64,000 bases of DNA from Octopus sinensis (GCF_006345805.1 NC_042998.1:201004001-201068000); one strand, 5' to 3'. Counted from the first letter of the stretch, positions 39,496 to 52,097 are shown. Notes: a model not told the origin generated them from the letters alone. Program-made: numbers and translations.

Positions 39496-40735
39496 TACCA
39501 ATGTAATCTTATTAACAATAAATATACATGTTATAAATTTCAATACTAATGTCAATTCTAACTTTAGTTACTATTCAATAACAGCAAGTAAATAAGAATT
39601 GTAATAATGAAATTTTCCCCAATGAAATTCAAGTGATTGACATCCAAGTGAACTTGGGCAAATATGATTAGAAAAGTAATGCGGTACTGAAGCCAAAATA
39701 ACTATTAAAGGAAATAGGAGAAAGAAAATATGGAAAAATACATTAAGCTTTAACAATTCCTACGAGTGTTCCTGTGGAGAACATTGTTATTTAATAGTCA
39801 CACAATGTAATTCTGACACATATTTCTAGATTCTTATTATGCAGAAAAGGAAAACAAGAAAACATTAAACCACTTAACTTAATGTTGAGTGCAGAGAACA
39901 ATACTCAATTATGACTATATTTTGTAAATATTCTAATTTCCATGACTAGAGAATCCAGACGAATTCTAATTCTCATAAAAAGTATTTTATATGATATTTA
40001 TTAATGTCAGAAACAAGGACAAATTTTAACCAAGATACCGTCTAACTTTTGTCAAAACGACGCTTGCGTTATTAGTATCAATGAATAAACAGTTTGTGCC
40101 GTGAGCAAGAATTAAAACATGGCACGAAACCTTGCTATCAACTGCTAGAACATAAAAATGAAATAGAAGGTCAGAAATTAGTATCAATTACAGCACATTC
40201 CGAAATAAGGTACACGATGTCTCATTTATAGACGGAATTTTCATTTAAACAAACGTAAAGTCTAATCGAATAATAAATCCTAACTATGCGCTCTCCTTAT
40301 AATACCGAGAACATATTACATCTACCAATATATGCAGGATTCAGTCTCCGCAATTAAATAAATATCGATGTATACATATGTTCGCTTTCATATATGATTT
40401 TCAATACTCTTTTCTGCAAAAAGACGAGTTCCATATTTATCTTTTGTAAATTGTTTATTCCGAAGAAATTAGTTAAATAACTTTTTCTTTACTAATACGT
40501 AATGTTCCTATTGTTGAGTTTAAGACATCCCATATTGCATATTTCTGAAACCTACTGAGGATTATTTAGGCTACGTAGAAATGGAAAGACAAGCATGGCC
40601 CACCTACACATTTAGGTTGCAAAATCGAACGGCTTGAGGGCATTCTACATTTTTGCCCATAGTAAACATATAGTATGTGCTATTTTTATATAGAGTGCCC
40701 CGTGTTCAGTTCTAGCCGCATCTGTCTTTCGAGTC

Positions 40736-40779
<44 letters not shown>

Positions 40780-40791
<12 letters not shown>

Positions 40792-41584
40792 TCAACTTGT
40801 GTGTGTGTGTGTGTCTGTGTGTTTAACTTCCCGGCACATCTCCTCCTAGCCAACAAATCGTAGAACCACCAAACATGGGTCATTTAAAGTTTAGGCGAAT
40901 GAAAATTGAACTGCGCTATTTCTGTTCCCAAATTCCTCTCGCAAGTGCAAAAATCGATAATGTGTTTGTTTAGGCCTCATCCCATGCATTGAATAGTGAA
41001 CTTTACTCAGTCAGCTGTTTGACGTGTTCTGTGTTCACCACGCGTGCAAGTATGTGTAAATTGCATGAAAAATAAAAAATCAAGATATAAAAACGAATCG
41101 CCGTAAACATTGTAGAAATTCGGCAAAGAAATGAATTTTCGGGATGTAGCCTGGAGGGTTTTTTCGTATTAATCGTTTGGACTTTGTAAACACATACCAA
41201 TTGTTTTCAAAACATTTTTAACGCTTTGAATTAAATGTGACTATTTTGCGATGAGTCTGCAGTTTGAATCACCTTAACCAAATTTTAGCAGGCCGGATTT
41301 TTGATCATCAGGATACATCGCCAGCAGCTCCCTGGAATCCACGTTGAGAAATACTGATCTAAAAGAATAATTCAACAATGCAATTATTTGATCAACAAAA
41401 ATTTATGAAATGCTTTTTCGTACTTCCTATTGAAGAAATGGAACACATAAGCGCAAAAATAGAGGGCATTAAATGCTTGATTTTAAAACCAAAATAATTG
41501 AATTTTGATTGAACTTCATCCAAGTTTAGCTTAATTCGCGCGTGCTTAGAACGCACGAGCGCACGAGCCGGGCAATACAGCTAG
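40780..41584 (+). mobile_element. Non-autonomous Helitron, family H3
   Basis: Starts in (AT)n + tataaaactcaacttgtg; ends gccgggcaatacagCTAG|T, like H1 and H2. Confidence 0.6.
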
Positions 41585-41619
41585 TATATATATATATCAT
41601 GTAGAGTAACGGCTAAAGA

Positions 41620-41915
41620 CAAGTTTCGGTCACAAATGACCATGGGATTGCACCATGTGAAAGACCAGCAGTGGTCCATGCTTACCACTCTCCCCACTGC
41701 ATGCAACGCCATCGATGTTCTTCAAGGGAAGGCAAAAGCCGCTACAGCTTGGCACCTGTGACACCGCAACTCTTTCCTAAATCTGAATTAATTGGAGCAA
41801 ATTGAGATTGAGTCCTTCTTCAGGAACACAACATACAGCCCAGTGGGAGAATCGAACTTATAATCAAAATATTGTAAGCTCAACTCTCTAACCATTGAGC
41901 CATGTGCCTTCACAC
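41620..41915 (-). mobile_element. SINE family D
   Basis: Homologous to 7899-8104, plus a tRNA-like head (cattgagccatgtgcctt on the plus strand). Confidence 0.7.
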
Positions 41916-42375
41916 TAATGCACATACACATACATACATAAACATACGCACAGATAGATTTATGTGTGATTTATGTATAATTATATGCATGTGTGTGTGC
42001 GTGTGTGTGCGTGTGTGTGTGTGTGTGCGGCGTGTGTGTGTGTGATTTTAAACTGCATTCGGTTTTGAGGGCTCATGTTTCTTGGGTTTTGAGGCGTATA
42101 GAATTACTTCTGGCAATGGAAGGATAACTACGTATCCAGATCTAGCAAGATAGATTTCTTAGTAAGATAGAAGCGCACAATATGTTATGCACGATAATCT
42201 TTCACCTATACTTCAAACCATGGATACTTGTAACGCTAGGGAATTGTCATCTGAGAGGTAACAGACAGGAGTAAGAAGTGAGAAATGCTATTTCTGAAAC
42301 GAGGAGATACAAAGAGATGGCAATTACCTGTGATGAGGAAGCAATCACCATCTACATACATATTCTCTCTTAATC

Positions 42376-42800
42376 TTTTACACGTTTCAGTCATTTGACT
42401 GCGGCCATGCTGGATCACCGCCTTTAGTCGAAAGAATTGACCTCGGACTTATTCTGTGTAAGCCTAGCACTTATTCTATCGGTGTTTTTAACGAACCTCT
42501 AAGTTTCTGTGACATAAGCATATCCCGCTTCTCTCTTGGCGTGATCCCTTTTAAAACGCATGATTGTAAGTTTCATCAGATTAATCTTCTTTATAGGAGC
42601 AGGCTTAGTTATGCGTTAAAGAATTTTGTTCCCAACTACATGGTTCCGAGTACAATCCCACTGTGTGGCACACTGGGTAGATGACTTCTAGTAGAGCCTC
42701 ATTCTGACAAAGGCTTTTGAGTGATTTTGGTACAGAGAAACGGAAAGTAGCCCGTATTGTATGAGTGTGTGTGTGCGCGTGTGTGTATTTGTGTGTGTGT
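42376..42800 (-). mobile_element. SINE family A, fragmented
   Basis: gtttcagtcatttgactgcggccatgctgga... and a head fragment at 42600-42760. Confidence 0.7.
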
Positions 42801-44005
42801 GTGAGTGCGCACACTTGTGTGTATACACGGGGAACGAGGTACTTGGGAGAGAAGTGAGTACATGGCTAAGAATTCATGCATAGAGCATATAACATGGGAG
42901 TCGACATTATGAACCTGCAAGGAAGCGTCTAATTGGTCGCTCCACCCACAAGAAATTGACGCCATTTTTATAAATCTACGATATACAAAATCGCTTGTTG
43001 CTCATGGCCTAAAAGCTTTTGGTGCATGACTATTTATTATATGACATCTACGATGAAGCTGAACAATACCAAAAACAATACAACCAAAGAGAATAAGTAT
43101 ACCTCAGTGAACAAACCATTTGATACACAGTACTAAATCTTCGAATGTTAACTGATGAGAAGTGCAGAATTACGTTGTCCGCCTTAACGAATAAGTAGTG
43201 AAGGATCAAATGTACTTTTGTTACTTTTTGTCTTAGCTTTGACTTAGGAGAATCCCATAAAAATGACAATTCTATCAAAGATTCTCCGTAATCAATGGAA
43301 TAACGTGCTGTGCAATTAACACTACTACTAGTTCATTACTTCACGAGTAATAAGTTTTTATTTTTCCGTATTGATGCCAAATCAGCAAATTGGAACGATA
43401 GGAGAATGAATACTCGGAGATGCCTCTGTGGACATTTGGATTCGTTGAAAGTCATACCCGGAAAGACATTGATAATGGAAATGTTGCAGCTTGTTTTGTA
43501 ATCTGTTACTTTTCCCTCCAGCATCTTGATAGGCATTGCTCTTTCTTGTGCTGGGATGGATCCAGCAACCACACTAGAGAAATTGATCCAATAGCGGGAC
43601 TAGACTATTCGTCAACAGACAGAACATGATATAGATTCTACTTACATGCATGTAAATATTTACAGATATATGTCGTGGAAATATATTCTGCATCGACATC
43701 AATATTTACATAATGTTCAACCAGTAATTCCACAACCATATCTACATTTAACATAGTTCAAAGCTCGAATCAGCCTAAGTGAATATGAAAATAATTGGAC
43801 ATTGGAATGCCGAAACAATTTAGTAATTAATGAAAATATATAAGATATATGCGTGTCTATGTACGAGGACGCATGTGTATATGCATATATATGGATTTAT
43901 GTATATATGCACGCAGCTATATTGTTTCTCTCTCCCTCTCTCCGTATTTCTTTCTCTCTGTAATCATTTTCCACACACATTTGCATGCATATATATATAT
44001 ATATA

Positions 44006-44439
44006 TTTGTTAAAAATGGAGATGCTAAATTTTGAAAGAATCGTTTCAAACAGAGATATTAAAACATGCAAATTCATGGTCGAATAATTATATTAATTTG
44101 ATTAAATTAAATTAATCATATATCACTGTTCTCCTCAGTGCAAGAAGTATAAACAAAAAAATTATTATTAAAGAGAACTTCATACAGGAAATAGCAGATT
44201 TCGGATATACATATTTATCGTTATCAAAATTACAAGGATTGCTCTCCGTAATAATAATCTTTAGTTTGTACTTCTTGCACTGAGGAGAACAGTGATATAT
44301 AATCAATTCCATTTAATCAAATTAATTTAATTATTCTACCATGAATTTGCATGTTTTCTTATCACTGTTTGAAACGATCGTATGCATGTATTAAAATCCT
44401 TTAAAATTTCAGCATCTTCACTTCTCCAATTTTAACAAA
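44006..44439. mobile_element. Foldback element, HHR family D
   Basis: Imperfect inverted arms ~44006-44177 and ~44241-44439; (TA)n immediately to the left. Confidence 0.8.
44276..44386 (+). ncRNA. Type I hammerhead motif with 10-bp stem II and long loop
   Basis: tgca CTGAGGA gaacagtgat...atcactgttt GAAA CGATCG TA tgca. Confidence 0.8.
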
Positions 44440-44614
44440 TTTGCTGAGTTCTATGGGATACCTTTCAATAAATTCCCATAACACACCTTATACAAGTATT
44501 ATTTTCATATTCCCAGACTTACACCAGTAAGTTACCAAGAAAATATGAAGAATCTTTATTAGAAATCGTTTTTTGGAACCCTCCAAGCTAAAAGGACGAA
44601 GTATAATTCAACCT

Positions 44615-44669
<55 letters not shown>

Positions 44670-45768
44670 AACACACACACAAACAAAAAAACACACGCAT
44701 AACTCGGGCTTCTTTTATTGATCCTAGTCAGTATCTGGAGTTCGTTATAAACCGCCCTGTCTCAAAAAATATCATTCATATCAGACGTTCACTCGACATC
44801 GTTCACACGCGCTTGACTCGGGCTCAGAAAGAGTTACAGCCCGAGTTGCTATCTATAATCGTAAACATTAAAAGTAATCCAGATTCAATATTTTGTTGAA
44901 ACAATACATTTCTATAGAGATTAGTATTTAAATTCTAATCTATGAAAAGTTTCCGTTCTACAATATTGCAGCCGATTGCAGAAAAAAATAGCCAGCAACT
45001 CCGCCTAATAAGATCGAGCCGAGTAGTTGTAACAGACTAACTGACACATCTTGCCAAGTCTACTGGTGACAGTCAGAACGCTGATGTTTGTAGTGCACTA
45101 CGCTGTCGTTTTTCTGTGCGTCTGAGTGTAAAGATCAGTTGCGTTTTTCAGGGTTGATTTATTTTTATCCTTGACTTAGAAATGGCATAGTGCTAGATAT
45201 AACGAATAAGCCATTTGGGGGTAGAAATATTGCGGAGAAACGTGAAATTCTTCGAGCAGGCTTGTGTCTTATGCAATATCTGTCATGAGCCCGAGTGACG
45301 CTGATGACTTTGAATCACCTCTTATATATATATATATATATATATATATGCGTGTGTGTGTGTGTGTGTGTGTGTGTAAAACTATAAATTAGGGTATCTG
45401 AGAGGTGATTTTAGGGTCAGGGTTTTTACTGGTATTTCAGCATGGTGGTATCTCTCAGATACCCTAATTTATAATTTTAAATATCTATTACCTTTGAATG
45501 GTATTCATTCCCATGCTGGCCACTTGATAAGATCGATATTTAAATATCGATATTATCCTTATTTATACATTTATATATATATATATATATATAATAATAA
45601 ATATTAGGGAATGAATCCAAAATTACAGGGAAAAATCAGATTTAGGGTTAAATCCAATTTTATAGTAAAATATTATATAATATAATTCGAGACAAAACCA
45701 CTATTTTAAAACCAAACAAGAAAAGACTTAATCAATACATAAAATTTTAATATAAATTAAATAAACCG

Positions 45769-45812
45769 CCACAACAATTGTTTCATGTCTGCTACCGACA
45801 ATCTTCAGGTGA
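45769..45812 (-). ncRNA. Minimal type I hammerhead motif (PLE type)
   Basis: Inverted copy of 45868-45911 with a U-G wobble in stem I. Confidence 0.7.
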
Positions 45813-45867
45813 ATTTTCGATCTTCTAATCAGTATCAAATTTTGATACTGATTAGAAGATCGAAAAT

Positions 45868-45911
45868 CCACCTGAAGATTGTCGGTAGCAGACATGAAAC
45901 AATTGTTGTGG
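45868..45911 (+). ncRNA. Minimal type I hammerhead motif (PLE type)
   Basis: ccac CTGAAGA ttgtc ggtagca gacat GAAA CAATTG TT gtgg; perfectly palindromic CAATTG. Confidence 0.75.
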
Positions 45912-45995
45912 CGGTTTATTTAATTTATATTAAAATTTTATGTATTGATTAAGTCTTTTCTTGTTTGGTTTTAAAATAGTGGTTTTGTCTCGAAT

Positions 45996-46059
<64 letters not shown>

Positions 46060-46479
46060 ATATATATATATATATATAATATATATATATATATATTATA
46101 TATATACAAGCATGCGCACACACATACACACATATGCATGTCTATATGTATACAGGCAATAAGAGATCAAATCATAAGAACAACAACAGTAGTACTATAA
46201 TAATGATTTGAAATTATGGTAAAGGCCAGCAATTTCAGGGGTGGAGTAAATCGATTACATTGTCTCAAGTGATTTACTGGTAGTTACTCTATTGACCCGG
46301 AAATGATATAAGGTAATGTCAACCTCGGAAGAATTTGAATACAGAATATAAAGACAGATTAAATGTCACTAAGCATTTTGTCTGGCGTCTTAACGATACT
46401 GCCACCTCACTGACTTAATAATAAAAATAATGAAAATAATAATATAAATGAACTTGAGCAGGAACAAAATTATAATTAC

Positions 46480-47303
46480 CAATAATTAATGAAGACAATG
46501 ATATTCAGCATGGAAACATGAAAGAGAATATCAAGAAGGGATGTTATAGGAAGGTACGAGCACGTCTGAAACTTAAGCTACATGTAATTAACAAGGTGTT
46601 AACCCATGCATATAACAAGATATTATCTATAATATCGTTAACAGTTCCAGTTGTTACTTATACCGTTAATGTGTTGAACTGGAATATCAGTGAAAGAAAG
46701 AAAAGTGATAGAAAATATGTGAATTTGTATGATGCACTACCCAGAAGAAAACGTTGTTACTTTCCCTGTGCCTAAGGAGGTCGAGGTTTGATCCAGGATG
46801 AACTTTCTTACAAAACCACCACAATTGGATTGCCCAACTATCCTGTAATAACTAACAACTGTATGCTAAAACGCGTTGAAAATCACAAATCAAGTAAGAA
46901 GTTTAACTCTGTCTAGAGTGAGAACAAACATTTTGACGTTGATTTCATGCATAATACCCCCGCACAACAGCCTGAAAGAAGTGCAGCGACTGTTGTTGCT
47001 ACGAAGGTGTAATTACTGGCAATGTAAATAGTGCTTGAACTAGAAGCTTGTACGTGGGAACAGAAACCCGTGGATGACAATTAAGTGGCCCGTAGCAAAC
47101 AAACTAATGTTGGTCTGAATCACGCCAATCAGTGGCTAAGAAGTTCAGAAGTAAAGAGAGAGCGACGGCTTTCTCTTAGCTACTCAGGATCAACGCGTAT
47201 TGACCTGAACTACCTAGCCATTATGATGAAAGATGCAATAGATTTCAATCACGGATTCTGCAGTGATGCAATTGAAACTGTAGGCTCCTTAATCTCTGGA
47301 TGA
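46480..47303 (+). mobile_element. R4/Dong-clade retrotransposon remnant (RT thumb to CCHC)
   Basis: YRKVRARLKLKL..NK...SLTVPVVTYT...W...E.KKSDRK...GGRGLIQ, then QWLRSSEVKRE.DGFLLATQDQ...FCSDAIETVGSLISG. Confidence 0.75.
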
Positions 47304-47639
47304 ATGAAATACAGCTAAGCATTTTGCACGGCGTGCTAAAGCTTCTGCAAGCTTACCGGCTTAAAGCCGAAAGGATGACAGTCAAAGTCGGCTTTCGCAG
47401 AATTTGAACTCAAAACGTTATGTCGGACGAAATGCCGTTAACCATTTTGTCCGACGTGATAACGCGTCTGTCAAATCGACGCCATTTTAGTGATAGTAAT
47501 TCTTTCAAATTTTGGTACAAGGCCAGCAGTTTTGACCCCAGTGACCAAGTGATATATATTTTATTACCCTCGAAAGGGGTCACAGCCCGAGGAAACGGCG
47601 CCAAGCTCTGCTAATTATTCGGCTAGGTGTTTCCCTTAA

Positions 47640-48085
47640 TAATAATATTAATCCTTTATGCTATAGGTAGAAGGCCTGAAATTTTGGGGAATGGGGCTAG
47701 TCGATTATATCCACCTCGGTGCTTGACTCGTACATATTCTATCGATTCCGACAGGATGAATGAAAAAGTAGACCATGGTGGATTTTGAACTCTGAACGGG
47801 TAGCCAGTCGAAATACCGCTAAGCACTTTGTACAGGGTTCTAACGATTCTACCCGCTTATCGCCTTGATTGGTTGCCAATCTTGACACAAGGCCAACAAG
47901 TGCAATATAGCGGGTAAGTCGATTACATCGATCTCAGTGCCCAGCTGGTACTTATTTTATCGATCCCGAACTGATGAAAGGCGAGGCAGACCTCGGCGGA
48001 ATTTGAACTCAGAAAGTAAAGACGGACAAAACGCCGTTAAACATTTTCTCCGGCCTGCAAAGTGTCCTACCAGCTCACCGCCTTG
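47640..48085 (-). mobile_element. SINE family B, diverged
   Basis: Reverse complement of the family B core; ends agctcaccgcc on the plus strand. Confidence 0.7.
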
Positions 48086-48653
48086 TATGTAACTGAAATA
48101 ACAATGAATCACTTCCCACTATTGGAATAGTAATTTACCTATCGTCATACAAGGATGAAGAGATGAAATCCTAATCAGGGAATTTGTACATGATTTGAAT
48201 TCAGAGCGCAAAAACCCAGAAAGAATAATCACAAGGCTTTCTACGGATGCTCTACTCATTCTGACATTTAGTCGTCCTACAATCGGCATATATGTGGAAA
48301 TGAGGCAGACACGAGCAAATCGAAACTGAAACAGGATAAAAAAACACAATATGTGAGAAAGAGAATCGTGCGTGCAATACATGAGTGCGTGTTATGAGAC
48401 AGAAGTATTGTTATTTATTGCTGATATTTTGATGTTGCAATAGTTTTTACAGTTCTGAAGAATGTTGTTGCAGTTATTATTTATTTTTTAGTTGTCGTGT
48501 AGCCTAAACTAATCTCTGTTCCTAGAGATATATGATCAATGATATTTTAGTTGTCATTACACTTACTTTTTAATCAGACGTAGTATGCTACCTCTCTACA
48601 CGACCTAATATGTCTTTATGGCAATTGGAAGAATTATGTGTATGTTCGTTTGT

Positions 48654-48692
<39 letters not shown>

Positions 48693-49217
48693 TGCATGTG
48701 GGATTCAGAGATTTCGAAAACAAGACAGACGGAGAGAAAGGCATACAGACTCACAGAAAGGCAACACAAAGAAAAATCACACACACACACACACACACAA
48801 AGCGTTTCCTGCAAAATTAGAAAACAGGAACGATATAAGATATGCGCAACTGTATTGTTGTAGTTAGTACTACTACTACTACTGATAACAAGTTATTCTT
48901 ATAACTGCATATATATACTTATGCATGTACTTATGTATGAATATATGTATTTGTGCATATGTGAGTGTATGCATGTTGCATATACGTGTGTGTGTACCTA
49001 TACGCATATATAGTATTTTTCGAATGCTTCATCGGTTGTGCAAATGTTTCAGTTTTATTGTTTCTCTGAAAAAATTCGGAAAGTATTAAAATATTCGTAT
49101 GAACTGTCGGGCTTTCTTTTATATAAATTTTATTTACCTATTCACTGTGCTCCCTTCGGTATTCTGGCTAGTATTGAGTGTCAGTCCACTCGCATATAAG
49201 CCCTGAAGAACTTCACT

Positions 49218-49255
<38 letters not shown>

Positions 49256-49517
49256 ATAAGTTTAACAATTAAGGATAATCTCTTAATAAGGGATCTTAAC
49301 AAGAAATTATCAGGTAGCTAGCGTGAAAACCTCATAAAAGAAAAGAATCCGAAAATAATTTTTTTCTTCTGAACAAATTAATTATATCTATATTGTATAG
49401 AGGGCATTATTACACATAAATGCCTCACACTAGGAGGGACAGAGTCATTACTACCAAAATTATACTAATCATACCCAAATGCAGTTTTTCAAAGCAAGAC
49501 ATTTAAAAATGAATTAT

Positions 49518-49573
49518 GTTCTGTATCACCGTGATTTCACATACAACTTGCGTCTAATGATCGTCAGCAGAAC
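49518..49573 (-). ncRNA. Canonical type I hammerhead ribozyme
   Basis: gttctg CTGACGA tcattagac gcaa gttgtatgt GAAA TCACGGTGA TA cagaac; stem I extends by GAAU/AUUC past a CA/AUA internal loop. Confidence 0.88.
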
Positions 49574-49993
49574 TGATTCTGAATACATCATAAATAAACT
49601 AACCTTACGTAGCGAAGACGAACAGACAACTGCTCTCTCCGGCCAAGCACATGGAATGTTTATAAATCATATATCCGGTAAATGGCGGGCTTTTTACGAA
49701 CTGCATGTCGGGTAATGAAAAGTATTTCGGAATAAGTTTAACAATTAAGGATAATCTCTTAATAAGGGATCTTAACAAGAAATTATCAGGTAGCTAGCGT
49801 GAAAACCTCATAAAAGAAAAGAATCCGAAAATAATTTTTTTCTTCTGAACAAATTAATTATATCTATATTGTATAGAGGGCATTATTACACATAAATGCC
49901 TCACACTAGGAGGGACAGAGTCATTACTACCAAAATTATACTAATCATACCCAAATGCAGTTTTTCAAAGCAAGACATTTAAAAATGAATTAT

Positions 49994-50048
49994 GTTCTGT
50001 ATCACCGTGATTTCACATACAACTTGCGTCTAATGATCGTCAGCAGAA

Positions 50049-50049
<1 letters not shown>
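49994..50049 (-). ncRNA. Canonical type I hammerhead ribozyme, upstream copy
   Basis: Identical to 49518-49573; the element's 5' end lies 4 nt upstream of stem I. Confidence 0.85.
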
Positions 50050-50086
<37 letters not shown>

Positions 50087-51829
50087 TGTGTGTGTGTGTG
50101 AGTGTGTATGCATATATGTATATATGTATATATATATGCATACATACATACTTACGTATGTCTGTAGGCTACGCAAGGTTGAATTCGAAATTATGTTGTG
50201 CTGTGTTTAAGCGCTTTCACTCTTTTGAGGAGGCGTGCATTGACGTATGAACTACAAGTGTTTGAGATTAGCTGTGTGGGTTCTGGTGTTTAGGCGTGTT
50301 TATGTGTCAGTATATGTGTCTGTGTTAGTAAGTGTGTATGTGTGTATATTAATGCATCCTTAGATGCGTTATTACCTCTGTGTATATGAGTGTGTTTACT
50401 TGTGTGCTCTTTTATGGCTTTCAACGTAATGTTTATTTGCGATGATTCGAAATCTCTGCGTTATGGATGTTTCTACATCGATGCCTCTCTCTGAGCAAGC
50501 TTAGTTTTTCTCAGCCTTGTTTGAATTTTTAAGTTTATTTTGATCAACCACCCGCTCAGTGGAAAGTTTGTAAAAACAAAACACCATTAAAGCAAAAACC
50601 TGTTGTCTTGTTCTTTTCGGAATCCTTTGCGCATTCATTCATCCTTTAAATTTTAAGTTCTTGAAGATTTTCTTTTATTGTCGTAAATAGAGAGGGCCAT
50701 CTGGAGCGTATCAGTTATAGAGTTACGTAAATCTTCCAAAAATGCAAGTATGCGCTCACAGAACTACATAAATGTGTATGGGTTTGTGGGTGAATGTGTG
50801 TGTATTTGTGTGCGTGTTTCTCTGTGTGTATGTGTGTGTTAGATTTGCTACGGTCGTTTCTGCATCAGTGTGTCTCTATGTCACGTTTTTTCTCTCTCTT
50901 GTTAGAATTATATTGTTTGACCAACCACCCAATCGGCTGCAAGCTTTTGAAGAAAAGTCTTTCCAATTAATATGGCGTTTTATTTTCGCAAGCATTCATC
51001 CTTTAACTTTCAAAAAAAAAGACGTTTGTAATTTGTTATTGTCGCAGATATGTTGATCATCTGGACCGCATGAAATATATAGCAACGTTCGTTTTCCAGG
51101 GATAAAAAGTAGAAAATAGGTGTGTATGAATAATTGTATGTAAGCATGTATATATGTATGTATGTATGTGTGTTATGTATGCATGCGTGTGTGTATGTAT
51201 GTATGTATGTATGTATGTAGGTATGTATGTATGTATGTTTGTATGTATGCATGTATGTATGTATGTATGTATGTATGAATGCATGCATGTATATATGCAT
51301 GTATGTATGTGTGTATGTATGTATGTATGTATGTATGTAGTATGTATGTATGCATGTATGTATATATGCATGTATATATGCTGTATGTATATGGATATGT
51401 GGATGGATAGATTGCTGGATGGATGGCTATATGGATATATGCGTTACGTACATATACATGTATGTATAAATGTATGTATATATGTGTTACTATCTACCTA
51501 CATAAATATACAAGGCAATAGTGTTTTGCTGTTGTCGATGTTGCTCTTGTTGTTGGAGTTGCTGCTGCTGATGATGGTGATTATGGTGATGATGATGATG
51601 AAGATGATGATGAATATGATGGTATGTTCCGTTGTTTCCAGTTAAAATATTCTTCCTGCCGAACCACTTCTTGCCTAAACATGGAGCATTTTATGCTTTA
51701 GATGACAGGTTCTCTGCATCGCACATTTCCCCTTATTAAAGATCATTAAAAACAATTCTTGTCAGATTTTTTCTGCTTTCAAATCACTGAGGTTTTTTAT
51801 ATTATCATTTTCTCTTTGCCGTTGTTTTT

Positions 51830-52053
51830 GCTGTTGTTGTCGTCGTCGCTGTTGTTGTTGTTCTTCTCATTCTTCTTCTTCTTCTTCTTCTTCTTCTTCT
51901 TCTTCTTCTTCTTCTTCTTCTTCTTTTCTTTTCGCTTCGTTTCTTCGTCTTCTTCATTTCCTTCATCTTCTTCTCTTTCTTTCTTCTCTTTCTTCTTCTT
52001 CTTCTTCTTCGTCTTCTTCTTCTTCTTCTTCTTCTTTTTCTCCTTCTTCTTCC

Positions 52054-52097
<44 letters not shown>

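Larger units (their letters stand above)
45590..46006. mobile_element. Near-perfect hairpin element, HHR family C, copy 2
   Basis: Arms 45674-45839 and 45841-46006 (1-nt loop, one mismatch at 45812) plus a ~85-bp tail on the left; flanked by (TA)n. Confidence 0.9.
49256..50053 (-). mobile_element. Retrozyme-like / PLE pLTR-like tandem unit (476-bp period)
   Basis: Identical 322-bp direct repeats 49256-49577 and 49732-50053 around a 154-bp spacer; each repeat carries an HHR; flanked by (TA)n on both sides; no recognisable protein coding. Confidence 0.85.
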
